Shown in pieces: positions 10,955 through 25,875 of a stretch of DNA of 64,000 nt (the first letter of the stretch is position 1; the number at the start of each line of letters is the position of its first letter). The notes under the pieces were generated by a model that worked only from the letters and a program-made list of their open reading frames with translations, searched no databases and was not told the origin of the DNA. The DNA is from Macrostomum lignano (taxonomy: Eukaryota). The stretch lies in assembly GCA_002269645.1 (NCBI GenBank), contig NIVC01000592.1, positions 372,001 to 436,000 on the forward strand. The letters are read 5' to 3'. The position numbers were made by a program, and so were the translations under genes.

Positions 10955-13900
10955 ATGAGAACCTCAGTCTTAGCATTGCTCCTGCTGATCTTGACTGCAG
11001 CTGTGACCACTTTCGTGGGTGAGTACCGTTAGCAACTCTGTGTGACATTTTCACTCCGACTGCGTTTCCTGTGGTGCCACATTGTCACTCCGACTGTGCT
11101 TACTGTGGTGCCACATTTCCCCAACTCTCCCCCAATGTTCCAATCGCCCATCACCCGCAGACGCTCGCAGGTCATCGTCTAGAAGTTACTCAAGCTACCG
11201 GAGTTACCGCTACTCGTCTTACCGCTACTCGTCTTACCGCTACTCGTCTTACCGCTACTCGTCTTACCGCTACTCGTCTTACCGCTACTCGTCTTACCGC
11301 TATTCATCTTACCGCTACTCGTCTTACCGCTACTCGTACAGGTGAGCTGCCGATACTGGGAGTTTGCGGGATGCTCAGTGCATGTTAATTTGCTCTACTC
11401 TGAAATCCTTTTAGGAGCCCACTGTACACAAGGCGGTTGTCGTCCAATCTGATGGGCGCTCTGTACTTCTCGTACGTCAGCCGGTATCCGAGGCACTTCA
11501 GCTACAGGCGGAGTGCTGTCGGCAGCTCAGGTGAGCGATTTATTGCCTCGAGAGATGAGAGTGGAAGAGAGATGAGAGTGAAAGAGAGATCAGAGTGGAA
11601 AAGAGATCAGAGTGGATGAGAGATCAGAGTGGAAGAGAGGTGAGAGTGCAATATAGATGAGAGTGGAAGAGAGATGAGAGTGCAATAGAGATGAGAGTAG
11701 ATGAGTGATGAGAAGCAAGCCATCAGGAATCTCCCAAGCCTCAACCCCACTCATTCCCCTGATCATTCCCCTGATTCCCCATCAGGTGGCAGCTGCACAA
11801 ACCGCCTGGCCCTGAGCAACGGAAGCTACGTTGGCTCTTTCAGCTGTCCCTTCCTGGGTGACGAGCCGAGCAGCTGGACAAAATGCTGCGGCTACGAGAA
11901 TGAGCAGTTCTGCTGCGACCCGGCCTACGATGAGTGAGTTCAGTAGCTGCTGGCTTCAGTGGCCAGTTACTGATCGCTGATTGGCTGTCGCTGAATGTAC
12001 ATTAGAGAGGCTAGTTACTGATCGCTGATTGGCTGTCGCTGAATGTACGTTAGAGAGGCTAGCTACTGATCGCTGATTGGCTGTCGCTGAATGTACGTTA
12101 GAGAGGCTTAGAATTACTGACCGCTGATTGGCTGTCGCTGAATGTACGTTAGAGAGGCTTAGAATTACTGACCGCTGATTGGCTGTCGCTGAATGTACGT
12201 TAGAGAGGCTAGTTATTCGAATCGGCTTGTTCCTCCAGCTCGAACCCTCCATCCCCACAGCTCGTGGGCACTGGCCTCCCAAGGCCTGAGCTTTGTCGCC
12301 ATCTTCTTCATCGTGGGAGGCTGCCTTACCGGTCTCGCCATTGTCGGCGTACTGATCTTCTTGTGCGTGAGGAAGGGCCTCTTGAACACCCGGAGGCCCG
12401 GCCCCGTGACCGCGCCTACCGCTGCCACAGCCGGTAAGGCTTTAGCGGATCACCGTCAACACTTGTCTTTAGTCCTGACTTGTTAAAACTGACTGCAAAG
12501 TATTGCTGCTCCCCTCCCCCCCCCCAGTTGTCACCAGCCCGCCGGTCTCCGTGGCGCCCGTCCAGGCCATCAGCAAGTGGGTGCCCATGGCTCCCGGCCC
12601 CGGGCAGCCGCCGGTCGTTGATTCGAATCCGCCACCGTATCCAACATCGAATGCCGGGCAGCCGCCGGTCGTTGGTTCGAATCCGCCATCGTATCCAACA
12701 TCGAATGCCGGGCAGCCGCCTTTCGTTGGTTCGAATCCGCCATCTTATCCAACATCGAATGCCGGGCAGCCCATCGGTAACCACAGTTTATCTCTCTACA
12801 TATAGAAGAAGGGAGAGAAGAGAGAGGAGAGAGGGAAAAAGAGAAGAGATGAGAGGTGAGACGAGGGACGAGAGAGAAGAGAGGAAACAGAAGAGAATAT
12901 AGAAGTTTCAAAGGATCCAAGGGACGTAGAGGCCAGAGTTTGCCAATGCATGTTTTAGAGTCAGACAGGCATTGCCTGACATTCTGTGCAGCACCTCAGC
13001 CAACAAGATCAATGTTTGCCTCAAATTCAAATCAAGGACCACTAGTAGATAGAGGACGTTACACTCGGATTTCGTGGAAATTTTTTTGAAGTCCGATTTT
13101 CACCGCAAAATACATTGGCGAGATAGCAAATTTTCACGTTTTTAATATTCAGAAGCCTGTTGTAATTGATTTAAGCCTGCTTCAAAAAAACCCATCTAAC
13201 ATTTTACTTTTAAGACCCTGTTCTATTGGTTTCTATTATGTTTTAGTCGCGAAAACGTTCTATAGATATAGTTTTATCACATTTTGACGTAGTCATGAAA
13301 TTACATAGACTAGGGGGGCCTATATATGCACTTTGGCTAGCTAAACTATAGCCAGCCTGGCCTAGCATATCAGGCCTTCTATATTAAATCTCTCTAATAA
13401 AAAAATTAAATTTGTATTGCCATAGCATATCTCATGTCATACAAACATGATAACAATATGCTAAGTTTGAGAATGGACACTCATTCATAATATAGGCCCA
13501 TACTCAATCGGCCTTCAAAAAAATTTGCACCATTTTAGAGTGTTACGTCCTTCTACTTAAGTAGTCCGTGATTCAAATTTTACACGAATGTACTCCATTT
13601 TATGTTAACCTTTACCCTAACTATAAACAAGTTTTTGTTTGAGTATGACTTTAGATTTTAGAATGCATGCAAAAATAGTTCCGGGGATTGGAATTCCCCG
13701 GGCTCAAAATCCGCGGCTTTCAACAGCTTGTAAGCTTTATAAAACAGAAGAACATTGATCGGAGGGCTTTGACCCCCGAAAAACACGAGGGAGGGCATTG
13801 ACCCTCATTAAATACATAGGTCAGGTATAACAAGATAGAGAAAAAGGAAGGAAATTAACCTCGTTTTGTATTTTTCAAATCTTTCAGCTCGAAAATTATG

Positions 13901-14192
13901 TGAAATTGATTTTGATTTGATTCTTTTTTCCAGGAATGGAAAACCAAGGATTCGAACCACCGCCCTACCCGCTGTACCCGCCATCGTATCAGGGTCCGTA
14001 CGCCAATGCGAGTAAGCGCTATAGTTATTAATTTCATTTTTATTGCCTTTTCGCCTTCCAAGGTATATAGTAATCAGAAATTCTGAGAAGCTACTCACAG
14101 TAGGTTGGTTGCATGCAGTGTTCTAAAAATGAAAAACTCCAATAATAACGAAAATTACCTCCAACTTGGCAGACGCTCCAGATTATGGCTGA
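10955..14192 (+). CDS. Shisa-like type I membrane protein A, ~342 aa (signal peptide, Ser/Tyr/Arg repeat, 6-Cys domain, TM helix, PPxY tail)
   Basis: Exons 10955-11018, 11161-11341, 11415-11530, 11786-11933, 12261-12433, 12528-12776, 13934-14011, 14173-14192 join in frame (1029 nt). Cys domain CTNRLALSNGSYVGSFSCPFLGDEPSSWTKCCGYENEQFCC, then a hydrophobic TM and PPPY motifs. The last exon is less certain (alternative stop at 14031). Confidence 0.82.
11963..12215. repeat. Intronic minisatellite, 48-54-bp unit containing a CCAAT box (Shisa A intron 4)
   Basis: 5 copies; each has ctgattggctg (= CAGCCAATCAG on the - strand). Confidence 0.9.
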
Positions 14193-14624
14193 GCGATGAA
14201 GCATGGAAGACGCTGGCGGCTGACGATTTTAACGAAGTTGATGAAGCTTAAAAAACAGTTTTAACACTTAAAGTGCCGCTTCGGTGATGAGATTTTGTGT
14301 TGTCAGTTGTAGTTGTAGAATGTTTTTTTTCAAAGCCTGCATGCCGAATCTGTTATGTACTTTAATGAAACAAATCAGAACGCTGTTCTAGAACATTACA
14401 ATTTCAGTTCCACCTGTCTTCTATTGGGTCTTTTCTCTCAGTTTTAATTCTATTCTTTTTACCAAATTAATGTTTGACCTCTTACCTATTCAGGATAAAA
14501 TACACTAACTGCAATTTGTTCAGAGACCAAACAGTTCTCAATAAAGCTGTACTGATTTCCGTTGCGACTAAAGAAAATTCAGAGATAAGGCCCAAATGAG
14601 TTGTTAATGATAATATTGCAGGAT

Positions 14625-15613
<989 letters not shown>

Positions 15614-15936
15614 TTTCAGCCCAATGGCTAAAGAAAAGGCTTACAAGTTTCCAACTGCAGGAGATATTTTCATAGTTAAAGTTAAAATGTAGCAAAGCAG
15701 CAGGACTGAAAAAAGCAATTTATTTGGCTCATCTTCAGCAGTGACTAAATTGGCAGCTTCAAGTAGAAGTAAAAGAAAATATCACAGAAGTTGAAAGCTT
15801 GAAAATAAGATTTGGCATTAAAAATTATAGCTGGAATTAATATTAAAGATGTCGATAGAGAATAAATATCCGGCCAGAAGAAAAAGAAGAAAATTCATTG
15901 AGTTCTCAGTTAGAATCGCCCGTCTCAACCACTGAG

Positions 15937-16350
15937 TCAGAAGGCCGGGTGGAGACCCAGGTTGTTCTCGATGTAGTCCAGCTCCCTCTTCAGCTGGCAC
16001 TGGACGCAGCTGGCGCAGAAGCTCGTTGCGCAACAGTCGTTCAGAATGCTGCCTTTGATGTTGTACCTGGCGCGCAGCTTCACCCGGTAAGCCATGAGGG
16101 TCATGGAGCTGCCAGCACAGCCGAGACAGATTGGGGTGCAGCAGCCTTCGCCCATGCGCTGCGACAGGTTGCAGCAGAGCTGGTACGGGCCGCAGAAGAA
16201 GGTCACGACGCAGCCGCCGAGGTCCTCGCAGCAGGCCAAGAGTCCGGAGTTCCATTCGCGCAGCTGAGGCGGGTGCACCGGAGCTCCAGCCATCGGGTTG
16301 GCCTGCTGGCGCGGCTGAGCAACCACTGGGTGTACAGCTTGGGACTGCAT
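15937..16350 (-). CDS. PLAC8/cornifelin-family Cys-rich protein, 137 aa, single coding exon
   Basis: ATG-to-TGA ORF with PLAC8 motifs WNSGLLACCEDLGGCVVTFFCGP...CC...RVKLRARYNIKGSILNDCCATSFCASCVQCQLKREL. An acceptor tttttcag lies 13 nt upstream of the ATG. Confidence 0.92.
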   Translation of the reverse strand: MQSQAVHPVVAQPRQQANPMAGAPVHPPQLREWNSGLLACCEDLGGCVVTFFCGPYQLCCNLSQRMGEGCCTPICLGCAGSSMTLMAYRVKLRARYNIKGSILNDCCATSFCASCVQCQLKRELDYIENNLGLHPAF

Positions 16351-16987
16351 GCTATCGGTTGCACTGAAAAATACGGATGGCTGATTTCAAATTACCTGAT
16401 TAGGGCAGGCATCACGGACAGTTTTTAAATTCAGTTCACTTAAATGAAAATACCAAGCTGCAAGCCTAAACTTACGGTAGTGGCAGACTCTTACAGTGCT
16501 TGGAAAATCTTCTTGTAGACAGACTCGTCAATTTCTTAGTCACTGGCAGCAGAAGCAGCAGCTCTTGCAGCCTCCTTAACCAACTGGTTATTTAACTTTT
16601 ATGAACGAAAAACTATGGGGTACAGCTGGGAGGCTGGGAGGCTGAGAGGCCTAGAGGCTGTGTTTCAGCATCGATCGATCTGCATGATCCCTAGCTAGCT
16701 GCATCGCTTTCTGTCTCCAGTGCTTCATGGATTCAGCTGCGTGCTGAGTCCGCCAAGTAGCTGAAACTCTGTTCCAGACCAGACAGCCATTGCTTCAGTT
16801 GCTATGGGCAACTTGACAGCAAATATGCAGCAGGCAGAGACACTGCAAAGCTTTCAAATTAAGTGAGGAGGAGGATGGGGAAGTTTAGTCCTGAAACTTG
16901 CGACGCTTTAAGTGAGAGGAATTGATGAGGAACTACACTGACAGACAGGGACCAAGACAGAGGGACAGAGAGACACTAAGTTAGACG

Positions 16988-17268
<281 letters not shown>

Positions 17269-17635
17269 AGACAGGCAATTCTCATTTGCACGTTGAGTTC
17301 TCAGTCTACGCGGTGTCACAGAATTAATTTAATTTCGCAGCCTATTGCAAGCCACACAGGCTGCGGGAGGGAGGTCCTTGCCCCCAAAACGCAGAAAGAC
17401 AAACACAGGGCAGCCGCAGTGCAGCGCCATTGTCCACCGGCCAGCACAATCCACGGCCGATTGGCCAAGCGAAGAGTGTCGCACAAAAGAGAAAAACGAT
17501 AAAAATGATATGCAACTTCTGGCTCGGGCGGGGCCGCCTCTCAGCCAGTCACTCAAATTCTCTCTCAGGGCAAACCGCGAGCTCAGAGACGCTGAGGCAA
17601 AAATAAAGAATTTTCGAACAAATAGCGAGTGAGGC

Positions 17636-20600
17636 ATGCGACTCACCTGGCTGGTTGCCGGGGTGCTTCTGGCCGCTGTCCTGCTGATGGCCACGTCTGC
17701 TGGTGAGTGAGCTGGCCAGCCTCTCAAGCACACCTCACCGCGCTCTAGATCTCACCTCTCTCCAGATCCAATCTCACTTCTCTCTAGATCCGATCTCACC
17801 TCTCTCTAGATCCGATCTCACCTCTCTCTAGATCCGATCTCACCTCTCACTAGATCCGATCTCACCTCTCTCTAGATCCGATCTCCTTCTCTCTCTAGAT
17901 CCGATCTCCTTCTCTCTAAATCCGATCTCACCTCTCTCTAGATCCAATCTCACTTCTCTCTAAATCCGATCTCACCTCTCACTAGATCCGATCTCACCTC
18001 TCTCTAGATCCGATCTCACCTCTCTCTAGATCCGATCTCCTTCTCTCTCTAGATCCGATCTCCTTCTCTCTAAATCCGATCTCACCTCTCACTAGATCCG
18101 ATCTCACCTCTCTCTAGATCCAATCTCACTTCTCTCTAGATCCGATCTCACTTCTCTCTAGATCCGACCTCACTTCTCTCTAGATCCGATCTCACCTCTC
18201 ACTAGATCCGATCTCACCTCTCACTAGATCCGATCTCACTTCTCTCTAGATCCGACCTCACTTCTCTCTAAATCCGATCTCACCTCTCACTAGATCCGAT
18301 CTCACCTCTCACTAGATCCGATCTCACCTCTCTCTAGATCCGATCTCCTTCTCTCTCTAGATCCGATCTCCTCTCTAAATCCGATCTCACCTCTCACTAG
18401 ATCCGATCTCACCTCTCTCTAGATTTAATCTCACTTCTCTCTAAATCCGATCTCACCTCTCACTAGATCCGATCTCACCTCTCTCTAGATCCGATCTCAC
18501 CTCTCTCTAGATCCGATCTCACCTCTCTCTAGATCCGATCTCCTTCTCTCTCTAGATCCGATCTCACCTCTCTCTAGATCCGATCTCACCTCTCTCTAGA
18601 TCCGATCTCACCTCTCTCTAGATCCGATCTCCTTCTCTCTCTCTAGATCCGATCTCCTTCTCTCTAAATCCGATCTCACCCTAATAAGAGAAACAAACCA
18701 CATCGACGTTTGCGCAGATGCGGCCAGATCTCGCGTCCGGTTCTCCTATAGGTCGCGAGCTCGATTCTCCTACAGGTCGCGAGCTCGATTTTCCTATCGG
18801 TCCCGAACTCGATTCCGCTACAGCAGAAGCAGGCGTTACTCAAGATACTCATACATGTGAGTCGGAATTAGTCGGAGTCACCCTTCTGGGTGACCTTCCT
18901 GACGAATTTGAATGACCGGGTTGAAGGACATTTTCCCGAAGCATTATGTAGAAATATCAATTTCGTAAAATCTGACAAATTCGTAAATCCATTCGAACCC
19001 CCAGCGGCCCGATCTACTCTCGCCGCCTGTCGCCCTCGCTGATGGGCCCCGTGTACTTTGGCTACGCGTCCCGGTACCCGATGTACTTTAACTACAGGCG
19101 GGGCAGCTCCGCCCACGGCTTCGGTGAGAAATTTGATTGCGATGCATTCTCCTCGCTTCATCGCCCAGGCCAGATTTTATTGTGCGATATTTGGGGAAAT
19201 TTTTGAAATTCACTGGTTTACAAATCCAAACCTTTAACACTTGACCAGCCAATTTGTTCGACTGGAAACGGGGGGAATTTTCGGTGGGAAAATAATGTAA
19301 AAATTATCCAAATATTTTTACTAGAGTAAATCTTCTCTTGTGGTTTGCAAATCTGAATAAATCACCTGAGACAGATTAACCTTTTTTGTAATCTAGGTAG
19401 CTGTGAACAGTGAGTAGCAATCTTAAAGAATAGCCATCACCTGAGGAGGTACGCTCGTAGATATCTTCAGGAGTTACAATATCATCTCAGGTAGACATCT
19501 TCAGGAGCTACAATATCATCTCAGGTAGATATCTTCAGGAGTTACAATCCCATCTCAGGTAGATATCTTCAGGAGCTACAATATCATCTCAGGTAGACAT
19601 CTTCAGGAGCTACAATATCATCTCAGGTAGATATCTTCAGGAGTTACAATCCCATCTCAGGTAGATATCTTCAGGAGCTACAATATCATCTCAGGTAGAT
19701 ATCTTCAGGAGTTACAATATCATCTCAGGTAGACATCTTCAGGAGTTACAATATCATCTCAGGTAGATATCTTCAGGAGTTACAATATCATCTCAGGTAG
19801 ATATCTTCAGGAGTTACAATATCATCTCAGGTTGACATCTTCAGGAGCTACAATATCATCTCAGGTTGACATCTTCAGGAGCTACAATATCATCTCAGGT
19901 AGACATCTTCAGGAGCTACAATCCCATCTCAGGTAGATATCTTCAGCAGTTACAATATCATCTCATCAGGTAGATATCTTCAGGAGCTACAATATCATCT
20001 CAGGTAGACATCTTCAGGAGTTACAATCCCATCTCAGGTAGATACATGTATCTTCAGGAGTTACAATATAATCTCAGGTAGAAATTTTATGAGGATGATG
20101 TGTACCGGATTGCCTGCCCCCTGCCCCGCCTCAGGCGAGGTGTGCACCAACCACCTGGCCCTGAGCAACGGCAGCTACGCGGGCACCTTCCACTGCCCCT
20201 TCCTGCCCGACGAGCCGCGCAGCTGGACGAAATGCTGCGGCTTCGATGGCGAGGGATTCTGCTGCGACCCGGACTACAATGAGTGAGATGGGCCCGAGCT
20301 CTGAGCGAAGTCTCGGTGCTGTACATGTGCACATAGTACAGAAAGAATTGATGTACACCCTACACGAGGCTAGTTTGGATGTGCATTGATGTAGAGATTA
20401 ATTTTAAACTGACTAGATCGAGGCAGAATGTCATCTGAGATCTTTTAAAGAATTAGATATGCAACAGCATGTGCAATGAGCGAAAGATCAATGTACTTTG
20501 GGACAGGCTAAATATACATGTAAGTGTACGTTGAATGTCGGATATGCATCGAAGCAGCTTGGATTTAAGCGGAGGTTGGATGTACATAGTGCATTGAGTC

Positions 20601-21778
20601 AAGTAAAAGGTTAGATGTACATGAATGTAGGAGTTGAAGCTACATGTACAATTAAGGCAGGTTGGATGTACACAGGAGTTGCATGGATGTACATAGGAGT
20701 TGGATGTACGTAGGAGTTGGATGTACATAGGAGTTGTATGTACGTAGAAGTTGGATGTACATAGGAGTTTGGATGTACATAGGAGTTGGATGTACATAGG
20801 AGTTGGATGTACATAGGAGTTGGATAGGATAGGAGTACATAGGATAGGAGCTGGGGATTTACATGTACATTGAGGCAGGTTGGATGCACATAGAAGTTGG
20901 ATGGCATATTGATAAACATGTACTGTAAAAGCGGCTCCAATAAGCACTCATGCATCGCTAAGCCTCCCTGCCGGCACCGCTCGCAGTTCCTGGAAGCTGG
21001 CAGTTGGCCTCGGCGCCGCCGCAATCCTCGCCATCATTGGAGGCGTCCTGCTGACCCTGGGTCTGCTGATCGCCCTGCTCGTGTACTGCTGCTGTTGCTC
21101 GAAGAAGCGGGGCGGAAGCGGCGGAGCTGGTGAGGATGTCTGAGGGATGTCTGAGCCTGGACTGGGACTTTTCTCACTAACGTGTGCCACAGTCTCTCCC
21201 TGCAGTGTCTGATAGGCACCCTGCAGTGTCTGATAGGCACCCTGCAGTCTCTGATAGGCACCCTGCAGTGTCTGATAGGCACCCTGCAGTGTCTGATAGG
21301 CACCCTGCAGTCTCTGATACCCTGCAGTGTCTGATAGGCACCCTGCAGTGTCTGATAGGCACCCTGCAGTCTCTGATAGGCACCCTGCAGTGTCTGATAG
21401 GCACCCTGCTGTGTCTGATAAGCACCCTGCAGTGTCTATCAGCGTCTTCGATTTGAAGTTCCCAAAGTCTGCGACAAGCGCCATTTCAGTTTCAACTCGC
21501 ACTCGAATTGTCCGCAGGTGCCAGCGCAGCAGCGGCGGGCAGCAGCAACGAGCCGGTCGGCGTCACGAATCCCGTGAAGCCGCCCTACCCAACCATGGAA
21601 TACGGGACAGGTGAGTTCACCAATAAGCCAATTGGCCCCGCCCACTGCCTCACATGTACATTTGCTCCGAATTCCGAATCCCGCAGTGCAACCGCCGCCG
21701 GATCGCCAGCCGGGCTCCGCCCCCTATCCGCCGCCGCAGCCACCGCCATATCCGCCCCCGTACTCGGCTCAGAGCTAG
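17636..21778 (+). CDS. Shisa-like type I membrane protein B, ~266 aa, paralogue of A
   Basis: Exons 17636-17702, 18718-18856, 19005-19123, 20135-20282, 20987-21129, 21518-21610, 21687-21778 join in frame (801 nt) with the same intron phases as gene A. Cys exon CTNHLALSNGSYAGTFHCPFLPDEPRSWTKCCGFDGEGFCC; TM followed by CCCC; tail PYPPPQPPPYPPPY. Confidence 0.88.
17745..18680. repeat. Intronic minisatellite, 22-bp unit (tctctctagatccgatctcacc), Shisa B intron 1
   Basis: About 40 copies. Sense strand reads CTCAC-CTCTCTCTAG. Confidence 0.95.
19440..20082. repeat. Intronic minisatellite, 34-bp unit (tcaggtagatatcttcaggagttacaatatcatc), Shisa B intron 3
   Basis: About 18 copies. Each has TCTCAG|GTAG on the sense strand. 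Confidence 0.95.
20560..20905. repeat. Intronic minisatellite, ~17-bp unit (gttggatgtacatagga), Shisa B intron 4
   Basis: Degenerate tandem copies. Confidence 0.85.
21198..21435. repeat. Intronic minisatellite, 21-bp unit (gcagtgtctgataggcaccct), Shisa B intron 5
   Basis: About 11 copies. Confidence 0.93.
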
Positions 21779-22573
21779 CCGGCGGAGAGGAGCGGATCGG
21801 AGAGCGGCCAGAGAAAGTGTGGGCGTCTGGTGAGTCACTGCTCGCACTTCTGTTCGAAGGGAGGGAAGAATGTAGGCGAGGAGAGAAGAAGGGAGGAGAG
21901 AAGTGAGGGAAGAAGGGAGGAGAAAAGGGAGGGAGAAGGGAGGGAAGAAGGGAGGCAAGGAGGGAAGAAGGGAGGAGACAAAAGAGGAGAGAAGGGAGTG
22001 AAGAGGAAATAAGGGAGAAAACAAGGCAGGATGGATGTGATTTAGCCGCTGAACCATTTACAACCACAATTCATCAATTGCAGACAGCGGAACTTGTGTG
22101 GATCTGTCGCTAAGGCCTAATCTAAGCAGACTCAAAATATAAGAAAATCCATATTTTTCTACTGCAAGTAGCCAGTGTAGAAAATCTATATCGTTAAAAT
22201 AAATAATGATAGACGACGGTATCATATTGTTTTTTTTTCATAGCACAATGCTACGAGTATATGCGTTCGTGAATTTCATAAACTACTTGATCAAGTAATG
22301 AAAAAGCAATCTGGGCCATTTTGTGTATTTGAACCGGTCATTCATGTACTACTCGCAGTAGTCACTGCTCTACGAATCAAGAGCGGATTGCTACACGTGA
22401 AGACAAAAAACTATCAAATGTCAAATGTCAAAAATGTCAAATTAAAAAATAAAACTACAAGTTCAATAAGTTCTTAATTATAATTGCATAATTAATCTAC
22501 TAATTAGCCCCACCGCTAATCCGCAATCAGCCCCACCGCTAATCCCCAGATCCCCAGAGTCGCGAGTCCGCCA

Positions 22574-25500
22574 TCACAGCTTGCTGCCCTTGGAGTCCCA
22601 CTTGTAGAATCCCTGCCCGGTCTTGCGGCCCAGCCGGCCCTCCTCAACCAGCTTGTTGAGCATGTCGCTGGGCTTGAACAGCTCAACATTGGGGAACTTG
22701 GCGTGCCAGCCGTCCATGATGAACTTGGTGGTGTCCAGGCCCACGTAGTCGGCCAGCTCGATGGGGCCCATGGGGTGGCCGGCGCCCAGCCGCATGGCCG
22801 TGTCGATGTCCTCGGCAGTGGCGTCGCCGCGTTCCAGCATGCGGACGGCCTCGGTGAGGTAGGGCACCAGCAGGCGGTTCACGATGAAGCCGGGGGTGTC
22901 CTTGCAGGGCACGGCCGACTTGCCCAGGCTGCGGCTGAACTCCAGCAGCTGGTTGAAGGCGGCCTCCGTGATGTCCGGGGTTCGAACCACCTCCACCAGG
23001 CGCATGACCGGGACAGGGTTGAAGAAGTGCAGCCCGCCGAATGTCGGCCTGGAGTGGAGAGTGGGGGCGATTCTCACTTGGGGGGCGATTCTCACTGGGA
23101 TTGGAGGCGATTCTCACTGGGGTTGGGGGCGATTCTCACTTGGGGGGGGGCGATTATCACTGGGGTTGGGGGCGATTATCACTGGGGTTGGGGGCGATTA
23201 TCACTGGGGTTGGGGGCGATTATCACTGGGGTTGATGGCGATTCTCACTGGGGTTGGGGGCGATTCTCACTGGGGTTGATGGCGATTCTCACTGGGGTTG
23301 ATGGCGATTCTCACTAGGGTTGGGGGCGATTCTCACTGGGGCTGGGGGCGATTCTCACTGGGGTTGATGGCGATTCTCACCAGGGTTGGGGGCGATTCTC
23401 ACTGGGTTGGGGGCGATTCTCACTGGGTTGGGGGCGATTCTCACTGGGGTTGATGGCGATTCTCACTGGGTTGGGGGCGATTCTCACTGGGGTTGATGGC
23501 GATTCTCACTAGGGTTGGGGGCGATTCTCACTGGGGTTGATGGCGATTCTCACTGGGTTGGGGGCGATTCTCACTGGGTTGGGGGCGATTCTCACTGGGA
23601 CTGGGGGCGATTCTCACTGGGTTGGGGGCGATTCTCACTGGGGTTGATGGTGATTCTCACTGGGTTGGGGGCGATTCTCACTGGGGTTGATGGCGATTCT
23701 CACTAGGGTTGGGGGCGATTCTCACTGGGGCTGGGGGCGATTCTCACTGGGGTTGATGGCGATTCTCACTAGGGTTGGGGGCGATTCTCACTGGGGCTGG
23801 GGGCGATTCTCACTGGGGTTGATGGCGATTCTCACTAGGGTTGGGGGCGATTCTCACTGGGGCTGGGGGCGATTCTCACTGGGGTTGATGGCGATTCTCA
23901 CTGGGACTGGGGGCGATTCTCACTGGGTTGGGGGCGATTCTCACTGGGTTGGGGGCGATTCTCACTGGGACAGGGGGCGATTCTCATTGGGATTGGGGGC
24001 GATTCTCATTGGGTTTGGGTCAAAAGACTTATGGCTCACTTGCGGTTCGGCACAGCCTCGGCCAGCTCGGCGATGCCCAAGGAGCTGGTGTTGGAGGCAA
24101 ACAGGCAGCCAGCCGGAGCTGTTGAGTCCAGCTGGCGGTAGAGGCTGCGCTTCAGCTCCAGGTTCTCTACCACCGCCTCTACCACCAGGTCGGCTGACTT
24201 GGCGGCGTCGGCTGCAGACTGGCTGGTGGCCAGGTTGGCCATAGTCTTGGACACCAGCTGTTTGGCCTCCTCTGGCCGGTCCTTCAGCTGCTTCTTGGCC
24301 ACCCGCTCCAGGCTGGTCTGGATGCTCTGCACTGCCTTGCCCAGCAACTGCTCGTTCAGGTCCACCAGGGTCACCTGGTAGCCAGACTGGGCTGACACCT
24401 GTTGGGGTCAGAGTTGGGGACAGACTATGCTGAGAGGGTGCATCTTGTATACCACTATCAAGTGGGCAAACAAAAATGCTGGAAAAGTTATATTCATTAA
24501 GTATATTTTAAGCAATATAAAGGCAACTTTAAATATCTTAGTTCCTTTAAATATAAAATAAAATGGTCTCTAAAAATTATATTTGAACACTGATTCTATT
24601 CATAATATTTTACAATAGAATAAATAAATGAATTAGAATGAATTAGTTGTCTATAAAGTAATATAATATATAAGGGCCTAAAAAAAGCCCAATCATATTT
24701 TAATCTATATATATGCATAACTATTGATTTCACTTCTGTTTTTGGTAGGTTGCAAATTGTAAGTCATATTATCAGTCAAAATAAGTTTCAAGGCAAGTAT
24801 AATTTCTGAGGTTGCAATGCCATGCTGATCTATTCAGCTTTTCTATGTGAAAAAAAAATTGGTGACATGAAAAACAGTCCAAAAGTTCTAGCCCAACTAG
24901 GGCTATGCAATTCTATTTATGGAGAGCTTGTATACAAGGTAGCTATCCGCCTAATGTTTTAATTGCATGCACGGCAGCTATCCTATCTATCTAGTGTTTT
25001 AATTGCATGCACGGCAGCTATCTTATCTATCTAGTGTTTTAATTGCATGCACGGCGGCTAACAGTTGGTTTCCCTCTAATCTGCACATTGCTACTAATTG
25101 AGCCTAAGTAAAACCTTATTGTTACTATATTGTTTTTATAATATTTTATCATACAACCCATGTATGTATACTATGTATACCAAATTTAATGTAAATTCAT
25201 TGCTTTTTTGTTAATTTGAATATTAATTCAAACAGTATATGACTTACAATATATGAGATAACTGCCATACATGCAAGCTCTCTGTTCTATTTATTATAAT
25301 ATATTTGTATTAACTATGTATGGGTCTAGGCTATGCTCATATATAATTTTGATAAAAAATATTATCACACACTACTATTAATACTATACTACTATACATG
25401 TAGAATATCAATTATAAGTCTAATACATTTTAGCTACATTCTTGCCCCTTTGATTGTTACCCTAGGCCCTATTGACTATTACCCTTTTTATTTATCACCC

Positions 25501-25875
25501 TTTAAGTTTAAATTAGTTCCTAGTCAAACCATAACAAGCAAACCCTAATTTATCATTGTCGTTGACTTATATTATAATATTAATTGCATAATATAGTATC
25601 GACTATAGGGTCTAGCCATCTAGGTGTAACTGTGTAACGTGTAATCCAATTTGTTTCCCCAAACTAAAAACCTATCACAATATACAAATCTCTAAGATCT
25701 TAAATATACTATTCTTTCCCTTTGAAAACAGATATAATAGAAGACAAAAACATACCTGCGCAATGCCAGAACCCATCAAGCCGGCCCCGATAACTGTAAC
25801 TTTGCTGATTGACCTGCTACTCATTGTGTACTGCAGACTAAACTGACGCAGAATTTGCTTTGAACACGCAAGCAT
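22574..25875 (-). CDS. HADH: Mitochondrial short-chain 3-hydroxyacyl-CoA dehydrogenase, ~317 aa
   Basis: Exons 25756-25875, 24040-24398, 22574-23048 in frame (954 nt). Rossmann motif [14 protein letters not shown], then [57 protein letters not shown]. The N-terminus looks like a mitochondrial presequence. Confidence 0.96.
23065..24012. repeat. Intronic minisatellite, 21-22-bp unit (gggggcgattctcactggggtt), HADH intron 2
   Basis: About 43 copies. Confidence 0.95.

Noticed and set aside
13050-13555. MITE in Shisa A intron 6 (TAGAGGACGTTACACTC ... GAGTGTTACGTCCTTCTA)
   Set aside because: The inverted repeat is short and imperfect and no TSD is evident; possible old element, not supportable.
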